Source: Candidatus Bathyarchaeia archaeon
Lineage (GTDB): Archaea > Asgardarchaeota > Heimdallarchaeia > JABLTI01
NCBI GenBank assembly: GCA_035528035.1
Contig: DATKZI010000032.1
Location: 10,375 to 34,374, forward strand
Direction of reading: 5' to 3'
Length of the DNA: 24,000 nucleotides
Of this stretch, positions 16,906 to 24,000 are shown piece by piece. The translations under genes and the position numbers were made by a program. How positions within the stretch are numbered: the first letter of the stretch is position 1; each line of letters starts with the position of its first letter. The notes beneath the pieces were generated by a model. That model did not search any database, was not told the origin of the DNA, and was given only the letters and a program-made list of their open reading frames with translations.

Positions 16906-18003
16906 TTGACCTCGATGGATGATATTAAGCAGCTACTTTTGGACAAGAAGGAAGAAGAAATTTTAAAGCTGATGAAAAGAGAAAAGAAAAATATTCGAGA
17001 TATTTTACTTGGAATTGCAGAAAACGATTCCGATTGGAAATTTAGAAGAGATGCAATTAAGATTCTTGGAAAAGCAAAAATCAATGAAAGCATTGAACTT
17101 TTGCAAAAAATTCTGTTGAAAGATCATTTAACAGTTTTAAGGAAATTTGCAGCAAAAGCAATTGGTTCTATTGACGATCCTGCAGGGATACCACCATTGT
17201 TAGATGCACTAAAAACATCTAAAGATCCTGCTGTGATTGTTGAGATTAGTAATGCATTGGGATGTTTAAAAGCAACCGAAGCTATCGAACCTTTAGTTGC
17301 CTTACTCAAGACAAGCAAGGATGGTGAAATACGAGAAAATGCTGCAGAAGCCTTAGGATTGATTGGTGATAAAAAAGCAGTAGATAGTTTATTAGGAATT
17401 TTGAAAAATGATAAAGAAGATTGGGTAAGAGGACAAGCAGCAGAAGCTTTAGGATTAATTGGTGATAAAAAAGCTGTTCCTGATTTAATCACCACCCTAA
17501 CCAAAGATGGTGGTTTAGGAGTTGCTGTAAAAACTGCAACAGCATTAGGACGCTTAAAAGATACAGAAGCTGTTGAATCATTAATTAATTTCATACAAAA
17601 AGGTCAAAATGTAGAAAATAGACGAGCTGCAACTTATGCTTTAGGTGAAATTGGTGATAAGAAAGCTGCAGAAATCTTCTTAGAATTATTGGAATCTGAT
17701 GAAGATGAAACTGTTAGATACTGGTCCTGTTTATCTTTAGGTTTTATGAAATATTCTAAAGCCTCAAATACTATGTTAGAAATTTTGAAAAATGATTCCA
17801 GCGCTCGCGTTCGAAAAACTGCTGCTCTGTCAGTTCGTCAATTACCTCCTAAATCAAAGAAAGCGATAAAAGAACTTTTAGGAATAAAAGAAGCTGAAGT
17901 TGATCCAGAAGTAAAAGAGAAAATTCAAGAAATTATTTTAAAAATAGCTGAAGAACAGGATTGTTCCAGTGAAATGGAATTAATAAAGAAAATGGAACTT
18001 TAA
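16906..18003 (+). CDS. HEAT-repeat / PBS-lyase-HEAT-like repeat protein
   Basis: 365 aa with repeated units such as AAEALGLIGDKKAVDSLLGILKND, AAEALGLIGDKKAVPDLITTL and ATYALGEIGDKKAAEIFLELLES. TTG start at 16906 preceded by AGGAGG (16893-16898); the alternative ATG at 16915 is further from the RBS. Confidence 0.88.
   Translation: MTSMDDIKQLLLDKKEEEILKLMKREKKNIRDILLGIAENDSDWKFRRDAIKILGKAKINESIELLQKILLKDHLTVLRKFAAKAIGSIDDPAGIPPLLDALKTSKDPAVIVEISNALGCLKATEAIEPLVALLKTSKDGEIRENAAEALGLIGDKKAVDSLLGILKNDKEDWVRGQAAEALGLIGDKKAVPDLITTLTKDGGLGVAVKTATALGRLKDTEAVESLINFIQKGQNVENRRAATYALGEIGDKKAAEIFLELLESDEDETVRYWSCLSLGFMKYSKASNTMLEILKNDSSARVRKTAALSVRQLPPKSKKAIKELLGIKEAEVDPEVKEKIQEIILKIAEEQDCSSEMELIKKMEL
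17341..17479 (+). repeat. Near-identical direct repeat (two copies, 96 nt period) inside the HEAT-repeat gene
   Basis: GCTGCAGAAGCCTTAGGATTGATTGGTGATAAAAAAGCAGTAG at 17341 and GCAGCAGAAGCTTTAGGATTAATTGGTGATAAAAAAGCTGTTC at 17437; a weaker third copy starts at 17629. Confidence 0.8.
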
Positions 18004-18109
18004 CAACAATCATATTATGAGCTTTGCTCATAATTATTTTTTATTTATTAATGTAATAATAACAGATTCTTAGTAATAGATAAAAACTATTTTTAGAAAT
18101 AAACGAATT

Positions 18110-19549
18110 ATGACTGTTCAAGAGCTATTTATCACTTCGGTAGGAATTGATGTTGGAACATCAACATCCCATATGGTTTTTTCCAAACTACATTTAGTTA
18201 AACAAATGAGTCGATCTTCAAAGAAATTTGAAATTATTAGTCGAGACATACTCTATCGAGGTAACATTTATTTAACCCCTCTTATTGATCGTGAAACAAT
18301 TGATTTTGATAAACTTTCTGTGATTTTTCAAGAGGAATTTAAAAATGCCAATATAACAAAAGATGACATTGATACTGGAGCGGTGATTGTTACTGGTGAA
18401 ACAGCTAAGAAAAAGAATGCAGAAAAAATCGTTAGTTTATTAGCTGCTGAAGCGGGTAAGTTTGTAGCAGCAACTGCTGGGCCTAATTTTGAATCAGTCA
18501 TAGCTGGAATGGGTAGTGGTGCAGTTACTCGAGCTAAAGAATTAAAGAAAACTATTGTGAATATTGACACAGGAGGAGGTACATCAAACATTGCTGTTAT
18601 TTCTCCTGATGGAGATATTATTGATACTGCTTGTATAAATGTTGGTGGAAGATTACTAGTAACAAATGGTTCTGAAAATATAATTGAACGAATAGAAGAT
18701 GCTGCTAAATATGCTGCTGAAGATATTGGCGTTCATTTAGAAATAGGTAAATCCATTTCCATTGAAGATAAAGAAAAGGTATCTAGACGTCTTGTAGAAG
18801 CTTTAATTGAAGTTATAACCAAACAAGAAAATGTTTCACACGTCGCTATGAAATTAATGTTGACTCCACTTTTAACTTTTGATGGTAAAATTGATTATTA
18901 CTCTTTCTCGGGTGGAGTTGCTGAATATATTTATGGGAAAACTAAGGAATATTATAATGATATAGGGATTCAAGTCGCTAATGAAATTAAGAAGCAATGT
19001 CAAAAAGCTAAATTGAAACTTATTGAACCACCAGAATTAATTCGCGCGACAGTTATTGGAGCAGGTCAATACTCTTTACAAGTAAGTGGAGCAACAACTC
19101 TTGTAACAGAGGATAATGATTTTCCAATCAGAAATATTCCAGTTGTTGTACCTTATATTCCTCAAGAAAATCCTACTGAAGAAGATATCAAACATGCTGT
19201 GACCATGGCCTATAAGCGAATTGATCTTTCAGAAGGTGAAGCTCCTGTTGCACTTTCATTTCACAAAACTATTGGTTTATCTTATGAACGTTTGAAATCT
19301 TTTGCTAAAGGAATAGTTTCGGCGGTTCCCACATTGGTAAAGAAGAATTTACCGTTAATCTTAGTTTTCAATGATGATATTGGTAACAGTGTAGGTAATG
19401 TTATGCGAAGAGAAACTGATTTGACTAAAAATATCATCTCTATTGATGAATTAGGTTTAAGAGAAGGGGACTATATTGATATAGGTGAACCCATGGCTAA
19501 TAAACAAGTGGTTCCAGTTGTTGTTAAAACACTAATATTTGAAAATTAA
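18110..19549 (+). CDS. eutA: Ethanolamine ammonia-lyase reactivating factor EutA-like protein (ASKHA fold)
   Basis: 479 aa; matches EutA features recalled from E. coli: SVGIDVGTSTSHMVFSKLHLV, FEIISRDILYRG, TGAVIVTGETAKKKNA, GKFVAATAGPNFESVIAGMGSGA, VNIDTGGGTSNIAV, CINVGGRLL, ELIRATVIGAGQYSLQVSGATT and GDYIDIGEPMANKQVVPVVVKTLIF. Confidence 0.9.
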   Translation: MTVQELFITSVGIDVGTSTSHMVFSKLHLVKQMSRSSKKFEIISRDILYRGNIYLTPLIDRETIDFDKLSVIFQEEFKNANITKDDIDTGAVIVTGETAKKKNAEKIVSLLAAEAGKFVAATAGPNFESVIAGMGSGAVTRAKELKKTIVNIDTGGGTSNIAVISPDGDIIDTACINVGGRLLVTNGSENIIERIEDAAKYAAEDIGVHLEIGKSISIEDKEKVSRRLVEALIEVITKQENVSHVAMKLMLTPLLTFDGKIDYYSFSGGVAEYIYGKTKEYYNDIGIQVANEIKKQCQKAKLKLIEPPELIRATVIGAGQYSLQVSGATTLVTEDNDFPIRNIPVVVPYIPQENPTEEDIKHAVTMAYKRIDLSEGEAPVALSFHKTIGLSYERLKSFAKGIVSAVPTLVKKNLPLILVFNDDIGNSVGNVMRRETDLTKNIISIDELGLREGDYIDIGEPMANKQVVPVVVKTLIFEN

Positions 19550-19805
19550 TAGCGAAAAATTAGTATGCAAATGTATAAGAACCTCAAGAAGTATATATAA
19601 TTGAACGGAAAAATAATCTGCGGAAGATTTTCCCAAAAAGCATTTTAACAGTAACATTTGTATGTTAACTTGAGGTTTTTAAACAATATTTTCCATTCAT
19701 AAATGATTAGCATTAAAAGAGCGCAGTCATAGAAAAAATTTACCTGTTAATAAAAAACAACAAAATTGAACGAATAAGGTACAAGTAGAAAAACAAGGTG
19801 TTTGA

Positions 19806-20087
19806 ATGAAAGAAAAAATCATTAATTTAACAGAGAAACTATATGAAGCAGGTTTTGTCATTGAAGGAATTGACGTAGAAGCATCTGATATTATTAGGAT
19901 TAAATTTAGTGGATTAGCTGGTTTAGAAGTTGTTATCAATGATACTTATGCTAAAATCATTGAAGGGGATTGTTCAGAAAAAGCAATAATAAAACTCAAA
20001 AAATTACTAAAGTCTAACTATGTTTTAAAAGATGAAATTGAATCTATAGATAATGATATGTTCAATAAATTGTTAAATGCATCTTAA
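19806..20087 (+). CDS. Small protein of unknown function
   Basis: 93 aa ORF downstream of eutA, preceded by a purine-rich RBS-like AAGGTG; predicted alpha/beta, no motif recognised. Confidence 0.5.
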   Translation: MKEKIINLTEKLYEAGFVIEGIDVEASDIIRIKFSGLAGLEVVINDTYAKIIEGDCSEKAIIKLKKLLKSNYVLKDEIESIDNDMFNKLLNAS

Positions 20088-20135
20088 ATTTAAGATAAAA
20101 AATCTAGAAAATAGAATAACTGAAAAATAAAGCAA

Positions 20136-20348
20136 TTATTGTCCAGCCATTTTTTTAACTGAACAACTTTTATCTTCACAGCTGTAACAGCTTGTTCCTT
20201 TATATTTTTGAGAACAATAAGAGACCTGGTTTCTATTTTTACACCAATCTATTACACAATCTAAACAAAAAATAGATTCTTTAGTTTTTACTGAGAGCGC
20301 TGTCTTTTCACGAGATAAGGGTTTATTTTCTTGAATTTTAATTGCCAA
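20136..20348 (-). CDS. Cys-rich miniprotein A (uncharacterised)
   Basis: 70 aa; IFCLDCVIDWCKNRNQVSYCSQKYKGTSCYSCEDKSCSVKK. Shares a conserved Cys framework with the 20477..20668 ORF. Confidence 0.65.
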   Translation of the reverse strand: MAIKIQENKPLSREKTALSVKTKESIFCLDCVIDWCKNRNQVSYCSQKYKGTSCYSCEDKSCSVKKMAGQ

Positions 20349-20476
20349 TCTTCACCATTCCTTTAAGAATTCATCCAAATTATAAATCTTTAATCAATAC
20401 TTTTTAAGTTGCTAATATGTCGGGAATATGGCAGTAGTACCTAATAATCACTAAAATAACAATATAAATATGGATA

Positions 20477-20668
20477 TTACTCTAATTGACAATAGCCATC
20501 CTCACAATTTAGTCCACTAATTCCCTTATATTTAAATGAACAATAGACTATTTGATTTCGTAGAGAACACCAACTATACATACATTTACTACAGAATCCA
20601 ATACTTGAATCATCTAAAGGTAAGAGTAATTCCTCTACTTTTGATCTCTTTTTTGAATCAGTAACCAA
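20477..20668 (-). CDS. Cys-rich miniprotein B (paralogue of 20136..20348)
   Basis: 63 aa; GFCSKCMYSWCSLRNQIVYCSFKYKGISGLNCEDGYCQLE. Same C-x2-C-x4-C-x8-C-x11-C-x4-C framework and same strand. Confidence 0.65.
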   Translation of the reverse strand: MVTDSKKRSKVEELLLPLDDSSIGFCSKCMYSWCSLRNQIVYCSFKYKGISGLNCEDGYCQLE

Positions 20669-20804
20669 TTTTCTTCGCCAAATTTTTTCTTTTATAAATT
20701 TTTTAATGTAATAAATTAATCCATAGATGTCTTTTATTTGCTAAATCTATATTTGAAATTTAATTATTAAAGTCACCATATTTTATAATCTTCTTATTAT
20801 CATT

Positions 20805-21941
20805 TTATATTGTATTTGGAATGGCTTTTCCAAGATGTTTCTTTTGACTAGTTATTTCCCTATTGATAATTATTTGATTTTCTAATGATTGATTAATTTG
20901 AAGGTATTCATCAAGGGTGTAATTCATTACCAATAATCCATTAAGCAATTTACAAACATTTTCAGCCTGGTATAGATCTCGATGATTCCATAATTGATTT
21001 CTATTAATATCATAATCAGCGATATTTTCTGCACCAGGTAAACAAACATTTGAAGCTGATACAACACCATCATTTTCTTCTTTTTTATTGTAAATTAAAT
21101 TGGAAAACCAGTGATTTTTTGTGCCACGAATAGTTATCCAGCGAATTTTACCAGGAGTGGGATTAAGACTATTTAACCCTTCTAGAAAATCATTCGGAGG
21201 TGATTTTTTTCGAAACATTTTACCTAAAATTCGGCCATAAATTTTCACATTACCAATACCAATTTGTTGAAATTGTTCACTTTTAGAAAAATTATTTCTA
21301 CCATAGAAAAGATGTAATAGTAATTGCATCAATGGTAAACGCAATTTATCAATAATTAAGCAACCATAATTTGGTGTTCCTATCATAACAATTGTTTTAA
21401 TTTTCAAATAACCATAATTTGCTGTTTTTATTTGATTCTCACCTAAAAGATATTTATGGATGAATTTTCTTAAAATCAATCCGCCCATACTTGCTGCAAT
21501 AAAATCTATTTCGCCATTTTTTATTAGATGCCAATCATTTATGTTAGAATTAATTTTAGAGTACAATTCATCAGCTAAATTTGTTATATTATACTCGAAA
21601 TTGCATCTACCGTCTTTCTTTGAATAAAGATCATAAAGGTAAATTTGTTTATAACCAAAAGGATTCTTTTTAGGATGATATTTTAATGCTTCAATATAAT
21701 ATCTATGATCGCCTATTTTTGGGGGATTTGATACAGAATAACCAGGGATTATTATTAAAATACGCTTAGACCTATCATTTGATATTCTATTTTTTAGATT
21801 GGGAAATTCTTCTTTGTCTGATTGTTGATTCCTTTTGATAGATGATAATACAAGTAAATTTAGAGTATCAATTGTTAATTCATTTTGAAGGATTTGATAC
21901 GACGTTAATTTTTGGATTTCTAAATTCATTTGCCTAACCAT
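20805..21941 (-). CDS. Lipase-like alpha/beta hydrolase
   Basis: 378 aa; RILIIIPGYSVSNPP strand, nucleophile elbow DFIAASMGGLILRKF, IVMIGTPNYG, candidate acid NDGVVSASNVCLPGA and candidate His in NHRDLYQ. Confidence 0.78.
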   Translation of the reverse strand: MVRQMNLEIQKLTSYQILQNELTIDTLNLLVLSSIKRNQQSDKEEFPNLKNRISNDRSKRILIIIPGYSVSNPPKIGDHRYYIEALKYHPKKNPFGYKQIYLYDLYSKKDGRCNFEYNITNLADELYSKINSNINDWHLIKNGEIDFIAASMGGLILRKFIHKYLLGENQIKTANYGYLKIKTIVMIGTPNYGCLIIDKLRLPLMQLLLHLFYGRNNFSKSEQFQQIGIGNVKIYGRILGKMFRKKSPPNDFLEGLNSLNPTPGKIRWITIRGTKNHWFSNLIYNKKEENDGVVSASNVCLPGAENIADYDINRNQLWNHRDLYQAENVCKLLNGLLVMNYTLDEYLQINQSLENQIIINREITSQKKHLGKAIPNTI

Positions 21942-22006
21942 TTAGAGTTCATTTAATGGAAACTCCTCATGTTTAGTTTAAAAATAGCTAACTGCAGATT
22001 TTCAGA

Positions 22007-22756
22007 TTACTCAATAATAATAATATTATGTTTATTCAATATTGAAATAAAGCTTTTCTTAGAAAGTATGGGTTTTATTGTAAACATATTCTGATACTCA
22101 ATCTTGTTTAGCTGCTTAATGATTTTAGTTACTTTTTCTTTAATTTCATCTTCAAGATTTTTAGGAATATATGTATAGATGATTTTTTCCTTTTCATCAA
22201 TTAGTGAAGTTAATTCATTGCCCAATTTAATCTTTGAGTCTTCATATTCAACTGTCAAACCATCATTTATCCTAAATAATCTCTTTTTTGGCTTTAATTT
22301 CAAGTTGGCAACTAGTTCTTTGTAAATCTGCTTTATCGTTTCAGCATGAAGATTATCTTCAGAAGGCAAATAATTTTCTTGATATACATTTAACAAAGAT
22401 TCAATCATCGAATAAACATTAGCAATGAATCTTATCATTTCTTTTTTGAAGATCAAAAATAAAGAGCAAAAACGTCCTTCTGCCAAAGTTTTGGACTTAA
22501 CAGTAAAAATATAAATTAACGCTCGAAAGGCTTCATTATAAGGCACAGGTATAGGACCAAAGAGACCTTTTTGATTATTTTCGCCCATACCTACTGCAGT
22601 AATGCCATGGATTATTGTAGCTATTGCTCCTCGTTCATCTAAAGAGCTTAAATTTAGAGATAATGATGGACCTGTTTCTTCCCCTATCGCAAATAGGATG
22701 CCATCAAATATGGAATCAATAGTATCAGTAGGTTCAGTAGCGATCTTAAAGGTCAT
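22007..22756 (-). CDS. Uncharacterised protein with possible longin/roadblock-like N-terminal domain
   Basis: 249 aa; FDGILFAIGEETGPSLSLNLSSLDERGAIATIIHGITAVGMG...LFGPIPVPYNEAFRALIYIFTVKS..EGRFCSLFLIFKKEMIRFIANVYSMIESLL suggests a small alpha/beta regulatory fold; remainder helical and charged. Confidence 0.5.
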   Translation of the reverse strand: MTFKIATEPTDTIDSIFDGILFAIGEETGPSLSLNLSSLDERGAIATIIHGITAVGMGENNQKGLFGPIPVPYNEAFRALIYIFTVKSKTLAEGRFCSLFLIFKKEMIRFIANVYSMIESLLNVYQENYLPSEDNLHAETIKQIYKELVANLKLKPKKRLFRINDGLTVEYEDSKIKLGNELTSLIDEKEKIIYTYIPKNLEDEIKEKVTKIIKQLNKIEYQNMFTIKPILSKKSFISILNKHNIIIIE

Positions 22757-22924
22757 TTACTTGTTCTCCAATTATACACCCTATCAAATTGAAAAGTCTG
22801 TAATCATTCTTTAAACTTTTGCTTTTGAAAATCAATGATTTTTACTTTTACTAAATTATTCTTTAATATGAAAAAAAGTTAATAGTAGTAATGTTGTTAA
22901 GAGTTTGTGTAATAGAGGAATATA

Positions 22925-24000
22925 GAATGACAAGGAATGAAATGATTGATTCACAAACAGATCAAGATGTAGCAAAATCAAGGATATTAAGCTCAATTTC
23001 ATCATTTTCTAAAAAAACATCAGAGAGGATTAAAAATCGATTGAATAAAGTATCTTGGGGTGAATATAGCCTAGAAATTGGTATAGTCGCAATGTTAATC
23101 TCAATTGCACTTTTTATACGAATAGTATTAGCTTATGAATTTCGTGTTAATTGGGGATACGGTTCTGATGAAATTATCTGGAATTTAGGATTACCATTTA
23201 ATATCAATAATGTTAATTTCAGGGGGTTTGCTGATTTTGGATATTATTATTATTCTTGGGTTACAGGATGGTTTGAAAATGGATGGTATCCTTATCAATG
23301 GACAGAACCAGCAGATGTCTATGACTATTATTCCTATCCTCCTGTCTTTCTTTACTTCCTTGTTCTAATTTGGCGTCCTGGTATGAGTAATTTTTGGATT
23401 GCGTTTCCAATGGTTTTTGCTGATGCTGCTTGTGCTGGAGTTGTTTACCTAATTTTACGTGAAGCAATAAAAAAAGATACTTCCCGCATCATTGCTATTA
23501 TTGGTGGTTTTCTAATGGCACTTGCACCTATCAACGTTATTTATGACGGTATTTTTTGGCTTAATCCTGGTCCTGTTACTTTATTATCATTAATAGCTTT
23601 TTACTTCGCAATTAAAAATAAATGGTGGCAAGCATTCTTTTGGCTTGCTTTTGCAACTATGACTAAACAAAATGCTCTGTTCTTTACTTTTCCAATGTTC
23701 ATGGTTATGTTGGGGCAAAAAGCGAGAGACAAAAGTGTTAGAGAAGCAATCATTGAAAGCATTATGAATGCTGTTCTTTTTGTTGCTGTTTGTTTACTTT
23801 TATCTGTTCCTTACATCTTTATTGATCCCTTACAATATGGGCGACATATGCTCTTTCCAGGCAGAGGAATAGAATGGCGATTTTACCCAACAGATCCAGC
23901 TGGAAATGATTGTGTTCCATTTGCTACATCTCTGTGGAAATTAGGTGTGCAGGGAATTCTGTTAGCAGTTATTTCTCTCGGTACCTATAACATGTTTTTT
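22925..24000 (+). CDS. Multi-membrane protein, GT-C-type glycosyltransferase-like (partial, runs off right edge)
   Basis: ATG at 22925 with GAGG upstream; translation MTRNEMIDSQTDQDVAKSRILSSISS...WGEYSLEIGIVAMLISIALFIRIVLAYEFRVNWGYGSDEIIWN...SYPPVFLYFLVLIWRPG...; acidic GSDE motif after TM1 and a multi-TM layout typical of GT-C/DUF2029-like enzymes. Open at 24000, so absent from the ORF track. Confidence 0.65.

Noticed and set aside
16246-17093. ORFs 16246..16515 (+), 16519..16701 (+) and 16824..17093 (-)
   Set aside because: Antisense to comB or to the HEAT-repeat gene; no RBS or motif support.
17124-17594. Minus-strand 156 aa ORF with repeated AFLSPINPKASAA units
   Set aside because: Its apparent internal repeat simply mirrors the DNA repeats of the HEAT-repeat gene on the plus strand.
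18004-18109. Possible cobalamin riboswitch upstream of eutA
   Set aside because: The gap is only about 106 nt, very AT-rich, with no recognisable B12-box.
18328-19939. Minus-strand ORFs 18328..18591 and 19727..19939
   Set aside because: The first is antisense to eutA; the second mostly overlaps the better-placed 93 aa plus ORF.
22602-22814. Plus-strand 70 aa ORF
   Set aside because: Antisense to the start of the 249 aa gene.
23261-23467. Minus-strand 68 aa ORF
   Set aside because: Antisense to the GT-C-like membrane protein; Gln/Lys/His-rich artefact composition.
1-24000. CRISPR arrays, transposases, phage or toxin-antitoxin modules
   Set aside because: No regularly spaced repeats, terminal inverted repeats with transposase, or recognisable mobile/defence genes were seen; the region reads as chromosomal housekeeping plus lineage-specific genes.

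Overview
AT-rich archaeal chromosomal window; gene content is compatible with an Asgard-type archaeon, but that lineage call is inference. Left edge, all minus strand: the N-terminal part of the archaeal family-D DNA polymerase large subunit (DP2/PolC). It runs off the window at base 1 and is missing from the supplied ORF track. Upstream of it is a tightly coupled five-gene operon of complex I/Mrp-like membrane-arm subunits (two small J/MrpB-like or unassigned proteins, NuoK-like, NuoL-like, NuoM/N-like). Then come a large 890-899 aa protein with a longin-like N-terminus, a CxxC protein with an Ala/Ser-rich linker, an MFS transporter and a small membrane protein. Centre: tRNA-Asn(GTT), a small acidic protein, an orphan Dpp/OppC-type ABC permease and a ComB-like 2-phosphosulfolactate phosphatase. 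Right: a HEAT-repeat protein, an EutA-like reactivase, a small orphan ORF, two paralogous Cys-rich miniproteins in tandem, a lipase-like alpha/beta hydrolase, a 249 aa protein with a possible longin/roadblock-like domain, and a multi-membrane GT-C-like protein running off the right edge. Most notable: (i) the membrane-arm cassette has no hydrogenase/NADH module in view, and in its NuoM/N-like subunit the positions of all the canonical proton-channel Glu/Lys residues appear to be hydrophobic or neutral in a by-eye alignment; (ii) the giant longin-like protein; (iii) the tandem Cys-rich miniproteins; (iv) a HEAT-repeat gene beside a lone eutA without eutBC. No CRISPR array, transposon or rRNA was seen.
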